A stretch of DNA of 40,649 bases. Source: a virus. Lineage: Duplodnaviria; Caudoviricetes. The stretch's first letter is position 1, and each line of letters starts with the position of its first letter. The notes under the pieces are model-generated. The model was not told where the DNA came from. It was given only the letters and a program-made list of their open reading frames with translations, and did not search any database. Made by a program: the position numbers and the translations under genes. Location: positions 1 to 40,649 of the IMG/VR virus record IMGVR_UViG_3300015200_000006; one strand, given 5' to 3'. Positions 33,634-40,649 of the stretch are shown here, piece by piece.

Positions 33634-34188
33634 ATGACCGACGTGCTGGCCGTGGACCTGGCGACCAACACCGGATGGTGCAGAGGCCATGTGGGCGCCG
33701 TGCCGGTGTTTGGCTCGCTGCGTTTCGGCAAGCACAATTCGCGCGACTGCGCCATCTTCGCCGATGCCTTGAGCTGGTTCAGTGATTTTCTGTATCCGAA
33801 ACCGCGGCCTGATGTGGTCATCCTGGAGGCGCTGCTGCCACCCTCGGCATGGGGCGGCGAGAGCCAGGCCAGCACATTCAATCGGTTGGCAGGTTTGTAT
33901 TCCATTATGTTGGGTGTTGCGCATCTGCGTAACATTCCTGAAATCTCGACCGCCAGCGTGCCTGATGTACGGGCGCATTTCATTGGTGCGCGCAGCTTGA
34001 AGCGAGCGATGGCCAAGCGGGCGGTTATGGATCGGTGTTGGCGGCTCGATTGGCAAGTTAAAAACGACAATGAAGGCGATGCCTGCGCACTATGGTCCTA
34101 TGCTTGTGCGCTGATCGACCCGCAGCTGGCTATGAATGTGGTGCCGCTGTTCCAACGGAAGCTAATTGGAGATTGGTTGGTTGACTGA
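33634..34188 (+). CDS. RuvC-like Holliday junction resolvase
   Basis: VLAVDLATNTGW, VILEA, DNEGDA catalytic acidic residues. Confidence 0.85.
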   Translation: MTDVLAVDLATNTGWCRGHVGAVPVFGSLRFGKHNSRDCAIFADALSWFSDFLYPKPRPDVVILEALLPPSAWGGESQASTFNRLAGLYSIMLGVAHLRNIPEISTASVPDVRAHFIGARSLKRAMAKRAVMDRCWRLDWQVKNDNEGDACALWSYACALIDPQLAMNVVPLFQRKLIGDWLVD

Positions 34189-35077
34189 GGTTAAGATACC
34201 ATTTGGACGTTCTGTCGATGATGAGATGGTATCGGTAGATGCCGTCCATCGTGGTCTTGACTGTAATTGTGTTTGTGCTTCGTGTGGTGCGCGGTTGGTT
34301 GCGCGTAAAGGCGAAATAAACCAGCATCATTTTGCTCATCATATTGAGCCAGAGCATTGCGTAGCAGCTCGTGAAACCTCTATTCATAAGTATGCTAAGG
34401 GGCTTATTTGCGAAGCTCTTGAGCTGCGATTACCAGACAGTCTTGATCTTGGTCAGGTGCGCGGTGCCAAGCTGGAGCCATGGCTTGGTGATATTCGGCC
34501 GGATGTGTTGATCGAATTTGATGAGCCTGTGGCAATCGAGATTCTCGTTGCTCATCCAGTGGATAACGACAAGCTGAAAAAGATTACGTTGCGCAAGCTC
34601 GCCACCTTGGAAATTGATCTCAGCTCATATCGAAATGCCGATAAAACCGAGGTGGAATGGCGCGATCTCATTCTGCGTACAGCGCCTCGGTTCTGGTTAT
34701 TTCAGCCCACTATTCTGCGGGAAGAAATGGAGCGTCGCGCACGGGAAGCGGCTGAGCTGCGACTAAGGCGTGAGCGGGAGGCACAAGAAGCGGCCGAGCG
34801 GCAAGAAAAAATTAGGCAAGAGGAGCAAGCTGAAAGCGAGCGAAGGAGAAAACATCGGGAATACTTATATCGCCTTGATTGTGAATACGAGGAAATGGTT
34901 TCTGCCGAAATAGCAGCGCGAAAGGCTAAACAAGCTCAAGCAAAATTAGAACAGCGAAAGCATTTAGATAATCAGGAGCAACGCTATTTAGCGGGGCTGA
35001 AAATCTGCGCCGACACTGCGCGGCACCTAGCGGAATGGGAGAGGCGGAAGGCAGCTCATCGGGAGGTCACCCGATGA
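34181..35077 (+). CDS. CoiA-like zinc + PD-(D/E)xK nuclease protein
   Basis: C..CG..L.ARKG...HHFAH, ETSIHKYAK, RPDV...AIEI.V.H, LEID; AT-richer than neighbours. Confidence 0.8.
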   Translation: MTEVKIPFGRSVDDEMVSVDAVHRGLDCNCVCASCGARLVARKGEINQHHFAHHIEPEHCVAARETSIHKYAKGLICEALELRLPDSLDLGQVRGAKLEPWLGDIRPDVLIEFDEPVAIEILVAHPVDNDKLKKITLRKLATLEIDLSSYRNADKTEVEWRDLILRTAPRFWLFQPTILREEMERRAREAAELRLRREREAQEAAERQEKIRQEEQAESERRRKHREYLYRLDCEYEEMVSAEIAARKAKQAQAKLEQRKHLDNQEQRYLAGLKICADTARHLAEWERRKAAHREVTR

Positions 35078-35943
35078 AATGGTACAAACGTGACCCTGCT
35101 GCTGCCTTGGAGGGCATGATCGGCCTCACTGCAGAGGAACGCGGTTATTACAACACTTTGCTCGATTTACTGTATGCCCGTGCCCCTCGCGGTGAGGTGA
35201 CTGACCTGTTGGTTGTAAAGGCCATGGGAGAGCGACCGCAGGTTTGGCGACGGGTCAAGGCAGCTCTCATCGCCAAGGGCAAGGTGCATGACGTCGAGGG
35301 CAAACTCACCGCAAACCGGGTCGAAACTGAGGTGAAACAGGCTAGTTATCTCATAGATAAGATGACGGTTTTAGCTAATAAAAGATGGAAAAACAAGAAG
35401 GTAGTCGATGCGGGGACGCATATGACAACCACAACCACAACCAGATCTAAGAATAAGAGTCCTTCGGACTCTCCCCCTATCTCAGACCAGGGGTTGTTTC
35501 CTGATAGCCCTCGCAACGCTCGGGCGAGTGTGAGAAAAAATCCCTATCCAAAAGAGTTCGAAGAATTTTATGCCCACTATCCACTGCACGTCGGCAAGGA
35601 TGCGGCTCTCAAGGCCTGGGAGCGTGTCACGGAGCAAGGTAAGGCTACCAAGGACGAGCTGATCGCTGGCGCTGACCGCTATCGCGATGACCCCAACCGT
35701 GACCCGTCTTACACCAAGCATCCAGCAACCTGGCTCAATGCCGGGTGCCACAACGACGGCCCGCTACCAGTTCGCGGCAACGGTCATGGTCGGGTGATGA
35801 CCTACAAGGACAAGCGCCAGGAGGATCTCGAAGATGCCAAACGAGCACTCAAGGCTAGTATTGCGCGAGATGACGCCGAAAGAGAAAGCGACCAAGATGA
35901 TCGACCGTCTGATGGGATCTTACCCTTCCCTCGTCGTTCATGA
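35074..35943 (+). CDS. Replication initiator (DUF1376/YdaU-type N-terminus)
   Basis: KWYKRDP..ALEGM..LT.EERG.Y..LLDLLY; Thr linker; FEEFY.HYP..VGK..A.KAW...HPATWLN. Confidence 0.85.
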   Translation: MKWYKRDPAAALEGMIGLTAEERGYYNTLLDLLYARAPRGEVTDLLVVKAMGERPQVWRRVKAALIAKGKVHDVEGKLTANRVETEVKQASYLIDKMTVLANKRWKNKKVVDAGTHMTTTTTTRSKNKSPSDSPPISDQGLFPDSPRNARASVRKNPYPKEFEEFYAHYPLHVGKDAALKAWERVTEQGKATKDELIAGADRYRDDPNRDPSYTKHPATWLNAGCHNDGPLPVRGNGHGRVMTYKDKRQEDLEDAKRALKASIARDDAERESDQDDRPSDGILPFPRRS

Positions 35944-36361
35944 CCCTAAGACGTTTATCGCTGAGTTGGTCGTGGTCCTGATGCGCTATCCACCCTCGGT
36001 CAGCGAATATGGAATGACCGCAGCTCGGCGTGCCAGCCCGCAATACATTCCATCCATTTCGCAGATCGAGGAGGCCTGCGAGAGTTACCTTAAGGATCAA
36101 ACACGGGTGTCGGCTTATGCTGCAGATTGGCAGGATCGTGCCAACACACAATTAGAGCAGCGTGAGCAATACGAGCGTGAGAACACGACTGAATCGGCTG
36201 AATATCGGCGTAAGGCTGCGGAGCGCATCTTGGCTGATTACAAATCCAAGACTACTCCAGAAACAAAATCCCAGCTGCAAACATGGCAGCGTTTATCGAA
36301 CGATGAACTGATGGCGAAATATGCAAAGACCGATCCCTCTCCAAACGATGAGCCGTCCTGA
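35870..36361 (+). CDS. Replication-associated protein (helicase-loader-like position)
   Basis: Overlaps the initiator 3' end; L..YP...Y.PSI.QI..AC. Confidence 0.6.
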   Translation: MTPKEKATKMIDRLMGSYPSLVVHDPKTFIAELVVVLMRYPPSVSEYGMTAARRASPQYIPSISQIEEACESYLKDQTRVSAYAADWQDRANTQLEQREQYERENTTESAEYRRKAAERILADYKSKTTPETKSQLQTWQRLSNDELMAKYAKTDPSPNDEPS

Positions 36362-36527
36362 ATTTTGCGCGCACTGCAAATGTGGCGGCGGCTTATTCTG
36401 GCGCGCCACCTATCTCGGTGCCCCTGATGGTGGCGTACCGGTGCATGTGAAATGTGCCGGCGATTTCTTTCGGGCCATCGACGCCAACACATTCGGTCGG
36501 TCAGAAGCGGAATGGGACGATGTCTGA
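36348..36527 (+). CDS. Small Cys/His protein
   Basis: CAHC...HVKC. Confidence 0.55.
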   Translation: MSRPEFCAHCKCGGGLFWRATYLGAPDGGVPVHVKCAGDFFRAIDANTFGRSEAEWDDV

Positions 36528-36655
36528 GAACGACCGCACCAACCTGCTGTACAACATCGCGAGCTGGCTGTTCGTGCTTGTGGTGCTGGTGGCGTGGTGG
36601 AAAGGACTGTGGTAAGCAGGATTCGGTTGACACCCACCAAGGACCCAGGCCCACC

Positions 36656-36949
36656 ATGCCTGACATCCCGTTCATGCAATTCTTGCGTCCTGATGGCGAG
36701 CGTAGGCCTATCACCATCGACATGCCGCAGGAGATCTGTGACCTGGCGCAGGAGTTCATCGCGGCCGGCGGTTCCTACACCAGTGAGGTATTGTCGACGG
36801 GTGAGGTGTCGCTGGCTGCTGAATTCACCGTCGATGATGGACGGCAGGACATTGCCTGCTGCGTCTGCTTCAACAATCAAGGGATTCCGCAAAACGTCGA
36901 GCTGCTGGTCAGGGAGTCGCACGAATTCATGCGGCAGGTGAAATCATGA
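36656..36949 (+). CDS. Hypothetical phage protein
   Basis: Leader GGT-TGAC-ACC-CACCAAGGACC before MPDIPFMQFLRPDG. Confidence 0.7.
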   Translation: MPDIPFMQFLRPDGERRPITIDMPQEICDLAQEFIAAGGSYTSEVLSTGEVSLAAEFTVDDGRQDIACCVCFNNQGIPQNVELLVRESHEFMRQVKS

Positions 36950-37254
36950 CAAGTAATGAACGCAAGCAGGAGATTTTACGCAGGCTCACTCCAGAGCAGC
37001 GGCAAAAGCTGTACGGCTACGACCAGCGGCACAAGGAATTCATGGCAAGTACAGATAAGCTGCGACAGTGGGAAAATATGCTGATGATCTTTGAGGAATT
37101 TTTCGAGGTGTGCAAATCCGTCAATATTCCAATCGAACCGCAGATTCAGCATATCGTCGCAACCTGGAGCGAACATATTGCCAAGGGTGGTGATACCAAG
37201 CAATTTGAGAATGTGTTGCGGCAACTCGCAGCTCTAGCGGACAAGCCAATATGA
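36946..37254 (+). CDS. Hypothetical protein
   Basis: ATGA overlaps. Confidence 0.65.
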   Translation: MTSNERKQEILRRLTPEQRQKLYGYDQRHKEFMASTDKLRQWENMLMIFEEFFEVCKSVNIPIEPQIQHIVATWSEHIAKGGDTKQFENVLRQLAALADKPI

Positions 37255-37445
37255 AAGCCACCATCGAGGTCAAGGACCGCAAGGAAGCCGAACAGATTCG
37301 CCAAGGCCTGGAGGATCCTGTTGTGCGCGCCCTGGTCTGCATCATGGGTGCGCTCAATGCGCTGCCTTCGGACCGTTCGCGCGCTCGGGTGCTCACCTAT
37401 GTCAACGATCTGATGAATGAGAAGAATGGGCTGGATGTGGCATGA
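37251..37445 (+). CDS. Hypothetical protein
   Basis: ATGA overlaps. Confidence 0.65.
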   Translation: MKATIEVKDRKEAEQIRQGLEDPVVRALVCIMGALNALPSDRSRARVLTYVNDLMNEKNGLDVA

Positions 37446-37696
37446 CCGGCGAGAAAGTCAAAATCGGTGGCGTGCCGATGCAGGTGGTGTCGGATGCAGA
37501 GGCTGATGCGTGCGATTATCTGATCTGCATGCCATGGGATGACAATTCGCCGTTCAAGGATAATTTTAGGGGCATCTGCTGTATGTGCGGAGTGACCGTG
37601 ATGTACCGCTGGCATGCGCCACGCCAGCCCAAGCGCATCTGCATTCAGTGTATGACTGAGAACCTCAATGCCGATGATAAAAGCACCGTGGACTGA
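37442..37696 (+). CDS. Zinc-finger protein
   Basis: CCMC...CIQC. Confidence 0.65.
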   Translation: MTGEKVKIGGVPMQVVSDAEADACDYLICMPWDDNSPFKDNFRGICCMCGVTVMYRWHAPRQPKRICIQCMTENLNADDKSTVD

Positions 37697-37874
37697 CGAG
37701 CAGATTGACGCGCTCGAACGATTTCAACATATGCCTGGTGTGCATCCGTTCACCTGTCCGGAGCACAGCACCCGTGAGCTGGTGGCAACGCGCAAAGGAT
37801 GGATCTGCCGCTACTGCGAATATACCCAGGATTGGGCGCACGATGGCATGATGCAGCAGAGGATTACGTCGTGA
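37668..37874 (+). CDS. Zinc-binding small protein
   Basis: HPFTC...GWICRYC.YTQDWAH. Confidence 0.7.
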   Translation: MPMIKAPWTDEQIDALERFQHMPGVHPFTCPEHSTRELVATRKGWICRYCEYTQDWAHDGMMQQRITS

Positions 37875-38143
37875 GCAAGCACACACTTGGCGACCAACCG
37901 ATTGAACCGGCCTACATCGAAAAGATGAATGAGCTGGCGCGATTTCTCGACCGTGAATTCAATGGCGGCCTGCGCGGCAAGGACAGGCCGACCGGATTCG
38001 TGCTGATGGTGTTTCCGTTCGAGGATCGTGAGGGTCGGTGCAACTACATTTCCAACGGCGCTGACCGCAACGATATCGTGGTGCTGATGAAAGAGATGGT
38101 TGCGCGATTTGAGGGTCAACCGGAAATGACAGGGAGAGCATGA
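37871..38143 (+). CDS. Hypothetical phage protein
   Basis: GFVLMVFPF...NYISN; GTGA overlap. Confidence 0.7.
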   Translation: MSKHTLGDQPIEPAYIEKMNELARFLDREFNGGLRGKDRPTGFVLMVFPFEDREGRCNYISNGADRNDIVVLMKEMVARFEGQPEMTGRA

Positions 38144-38337
38144 ACAACTACGGCAGCAAGCAGAAACACAAGGCCATCGTGCGCGAGCTGAACCTGCGCA
38201 AGCGAGTCTATCCGCGCTGGGTCGAACAGAAAAAAATGTCGCCGCATATGGCAGCGGAAGAAATCGCGATTTTCGAAAGTATCGCCTTGGACTACGAGAA
38301 GCTCATCATGGCAGAAGCGGAGAGAGTGTTGCTGTGA
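38140..38337 (+). CDS. Hypothetical phage protein
   Basis: REL.LRKRVYPRWV. Confidence 0.7.
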   Translation: MNNYGSKQKHKAIVRELNLRKRVYPRWVEQKKMSPHMAAEEIAIFESIALDYEKLIMAEAERVLL

Positions 38338-38531
38338 TCTTGGTCACCTGCCCCTGCTGCCATGGCGAAAAAATGCTGCGCCTCTATGAGGAGGATCAAG
38401 TCGCTCATAGCTTGGTGTTGTGCTGTCATTGCGCCGGTGAAGGGACAGTGCGCGCCGAGGTCGAGGAGCCCAGAGTAGAAACGACTCTACCGCAAGGATG
38501 GCTCAAGCGCGTGATGGCGAGGTGGGCATGA
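38334..38531 (+). CDS. DnaJ-type zinc-finger small protein
   Basis: CPCCHG...CCHCAGEG. Confidence 0.6.
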   Translation: MILVTCPCCHGEKMLRLYEEDQVAHSLVLCCHCAGEGTVRAEVEEPRVETTLPQGWLKRVMARWA

Positions 38532-38902
38532 GGCGCGTCGTTCTCGAAAGTCCATTCGCTGGTGACGTCGAGGCCAATCTCGACTATGCCCGACGTTGCG
38601 TGCGCGATTCCGTTTTGCGTGGCGAGGCGCCCATCGCATCACACTTGCTGTTTACCCAACCTGGAATTCTCGATGACCTGGTGCCGGAAGAACGCCAGCT
38701 TGGGATTGATGCCGGCCTCGCCTGGTTGATTCATGCCGATGCCATGGTGCTGTACGGTGACCGCGGCATGTCACCCGGTATGCAGGAGGCCATGCGAATA
38801 GCTCAACGCTGTGGCGTGCCGACTGAGGTGCGAATGCTGGATGCGGTCGAGATTGGAGGCACAGATGTCAACCTACGTGGTGCGGATCGTGCGCTGCCCT
38901 GA
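38528..38902 (+). CDS. DUF4406 / nucleoside deoxyribosyltransferase-like protein
   Basis: ESPFAGD...Y.....EAPIASHL...D......S.GM.E. Confidence 0.65.
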   Translation: MRRVVLESPFAGDVEANLDYARRCVRDSVLRGEAPIASHLLFTQPGILDDLVPEERQLGIDAGLAWLIHADAMVLYGDRGMSPGMQEAMRIAQRCGVPTEVRMLDAVEIGGTDVNLRGADRALP

Positions 38903-39032
38903 TTGCAAAGGGACCAAGCGAGTCAAGTTGATCGTGCATGATGAGCTGTTGGGCAAAACGGTGCTGACAACGCCGCTCTGTCAGACCTGCGAGGGAACCG
39001 GCAAGGTGAAAGGAGATGTTGTCGTTCAATGA
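38865..39032 (+). CDS. DnaJ-type zinc-finger small protein
   Basis: CPDCKG...CQTCEGTG; GGAGG RBS. Confidence 0.6.
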   Translation: MSTYVVRIVRCPDCKGTKRVKLIVHDELLGKTVLTTPLCQTCEGTGKVKGDVVVQ

Positions 39033-39280
39033 CGTTGGTCCAGCTCATCGAATTTGCGCAGAAGGGGCAAGCCATGCAGCAAGCGGTCGATGATGCGCTC
39101 AAACCGCAGGAGGCCTCGGTGGATGCATGGACCGGGTTGATTGTCAGCACTCTGGAGCGCAAACGCAGAATCGATAAGCAGAACACCAAGGCCAACAACA
39201 TGGCCGGCTATGATCGCTGGCTGGTCGATGCGGTTGAATTGCTGCTGCAAATCGAGCTACAACGGCGCATACAAAAATAG
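39029..39280 (+). CDS. Hypothetical protein
   Basis: ATGA overlap. Confidence 0.6.
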   Translation: MTLVQLIEFAQKGQAMQQAVDDALKPQEASVDAWTGLIVSTLERKRRIDKQNTKANNMAGYDRWLVDAVELLLQIELQRRIQK

Positions 39281-39465
39281 GGTTTGCAGGACCTCTGACG
39301 GCGCATTCCGGGTTCATGACGATGACGCCAGCCATCGAATAACGGCAAGTCAATCTCCGGGGAATGCGTCGTGGCCCGTCTCTTGGGACTTCTCCAGGGC
39401 CGTAAGCATGTGAAGTCACCGGCCAAGGTTGACAAGCTGGCAATTCTTTTTTTGGAGCGCCGCGC

Positions 39466-39945
39466 ATGAGCTGGTGGGTTGCGCAGGTCGAAACGCAACG
39501 CGAGCACCTCACCCGATTATTGCTGATGCGGCACGGCTACGAGACGTATGCGCCCAGGATCAAGGTTCGCGGCCGAATCGCGTTTTTATTTCCGGCGTAT
39601 ATTTTCATTCGTGCGGAATCTCGATTTTACACCATTCTGTGGACCCCTGGTGTGGTGCGCCTGCTGATGACCGGTGATCGCCCCTCCTGCATGGTCGAGG
39701 ACGTCATTGCCGGGATTCGCAAGCAGGAACGAGGTGGATTCGTGAAACTGCCATCGACGACCAAGGGCTTGGAAAAAGGGCAGAATATCCGCATTACCAA
39801 TGGCAATTTTCTGGGTCATGTCGGAATTTACGATGGCATGAGTTCCAAGGATAGAGCGCGCGTTTTGCTCGATCTCCTCGGCCGCAAGGTCAGCGTCGAG
39901 TTGGCCCAGCGGGATGTTGTCCCACTAACTGTTGCGTCCCACTAG
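39466..39945 (+). CDS. NusG/RfaH-like transcription antiterminator
   Basis: NGN domain (W.V....RE, LFPAYIF, TPGV..L) plus KOW (G..IRI..G.F.G..G, RARVLL.LLGR). Confidence 0.9.
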   Translation: MSWWVAQVETQREHLTRLLLMRHGYETYAPRIKVRGRIAFLFPAYIFIRAESRFYTILWTPGVVRLLMTGDRPSCMVEDVIAGIRKQERGGFVKLPSTTKGLEKGQNIRITNGNFLGHVGIYDGMSSKDRARVLLDLLGRKVSVELAQRDVVPLTVASH

Positions 39946-40187
39946 GTTTTTGGGATATTAGTGGATTCTCCCGCCAGCTGAAATCGCTAGATTATTCAGA
40001 GTAAATCCTTGTTTTTTCAGGGAAAAGCCCTGATTTTCAAGGATTTGCTTTGGCGGATGCCATCGTTCCAGGTCTAACCTGTGGTCTAGCCGGCGGGATC
40101 CTGCTTTCCTCCATGGGTGTGGCCTGACCTGGGCCAGGGTGTGGGTGGTGCCTTCCTCCCCTACCCTGGCCCCACCACATCCACCCC

Positions 40188-40598
40188 ATGGCCTACACCA
40201 GCAACAAGCAACGCTATGCGGTAGAGGGTAGGCGGTCCTATCGTGGCTACCACCTGGCAGCATGGCAACGCAGAAGGGGGCACCAGCTCAGGGTGTTCCC
40301 ATTGTGTGCAACCTGCCTGGCAAGGGGGTTACTGACACCTGCTACGGTAGCCGACCACATCACGCCACATAGGGGGGATGGGTGGGCGTTCTGGCACAGT
40401 GACCTGCAATCCCTGTGTGAGTACTGCCACAACTCAGTGAAGCAACGGGCAGAGGCCAAGGAGCAAGACCGGGGTGGTCAGCGCTACGAGGCCAAGCTTG
40501 GCTGGCGTCCTGGCTATGACTACGACGGCAATCCAATCGATCCGCGTCATCCATTCCATGGGCCTCGGGGGAGAGTCCCATCGAGTTCCAAGGAATAA
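40188..40598 (+). CDS. HNH endonuclease, packaging-associated type
   Basis: PLC..C......ATVADHI.PHRGD...FW..DLQSLC..CHN..K and G.D.DG.P.DP.HP tail; last gene before a G-rich end region. Confidence 0.9.
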   Translation: MAYTSNKQRYAVEGRRSYRGYHLAAWQRRRGHQLRVFPLCATCLARGLLTPATVADHITPHRGDGWAFWHSDLQSLCEYCHNSVKQRAEAKEQDRGGQRYEAKLGWRPGYDYDGNPIDPRHPFHGPRGRVPSSSKE

Positions 40599-40649
40599 TA
40601 TGGGGGTATGGGGGGGACTAGTCGCCTCTAAGGGTCGCCAACGCAAGAC
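40599..40649 (+). other. Probable cos / genome-end region
   Basis: G-runs (GGGGGTATGGGGGGG) directly after the terminal HNH gene, as is usual before terS in HNH-cos phages. Confidence 0.4.

Larger units (their letters stand above)
1..40649. mobile_element. Temperate tailed phage (partial genome)
   Basis: Fibre, lysis, recombination, Cro, integrase, replication, antiterminator and HNH modules, with no host housekeeping genes. Confidence 0.93.

Noticed and set aside
35426-35442. ACAACC tandem repeat as an origin iteron or contingency locus
   Set aside because: It encodes the Thr linker of the initiator and is too short to call, although an origin within this gene remains plausible.
39422-39441. 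Eighth copy of the TGAC-loop leader hairpin upstream of the NusG paralog
   Set aside because: Stem pairing is poor and no ACCAAGGAC follows; TTGACA may simply be a -35 box.
40218-40224. GCGGTAG as an RfaH ops element
   Set aside because: Only a 7-nt match inside a coding region of a GC-rich genome, and it lacks the rest of the ops consensus.
1-40649. tRNA, rRNA, terminase, capsid or CI repressor genes
   Set aside because: None recognisable by eye. Structural genes probably lie upstream of the window; tRNAscan and HMM searches are needed to exclude divergent ones.

Overview
The window is the distal ~40 kb of a GC-rich, probably temperate, tailed phage genome. The host is most likely an alphaproteobacterium of the Hyphomicrobiales/Rhizobiales type; this is inferred from GcrA-like, GapR-like, DUF1376-type replication and NusG-paralog genes. 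Order: end of the tail-fibre module with three tandem paralogous mini-fibres (1-3310); HNH-AP2 homing endonuclease; modular endolysin and membrane genes; a collagen/YadA-anchor-like gene (to 8790); a leftward early arm with RecT/YqaJ and a ParB/DGQHR-like gene (8874-17922); a rightward accessory arm led by a TGT/DpdA-like gene (18099-25541); a ParB-like/Cro-like divergent switch with no recognisable CI (25790-27935); a candidate attP plus tyrosine integrase bracketed by two inverted Xis/AlpA paralogs (27859-31805); MTase, RuvC-like, CoiA-like and replication genes; a NusG/RfaH-like antiterminator; and a terminal HNH gene near a likely cos/genome end. The most striking unexplained signal is non-coding. 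A hairpin with a conserved UUGAC(G) loop and freely covarying stems, followed by ACCAAGGAC, sits in about 7 gene leaders, and three of these share a near-identical promoter with a CCCAT-N8-ATGGG-like dyad. Other leads: CtrA-like boxes at the switch, 30-bp gene-junction repeats stringing small genes into cassettes, and several C-rich-loop sRNA-like hairpins. All protein family calls are from motifs read by eye; no searches were run.
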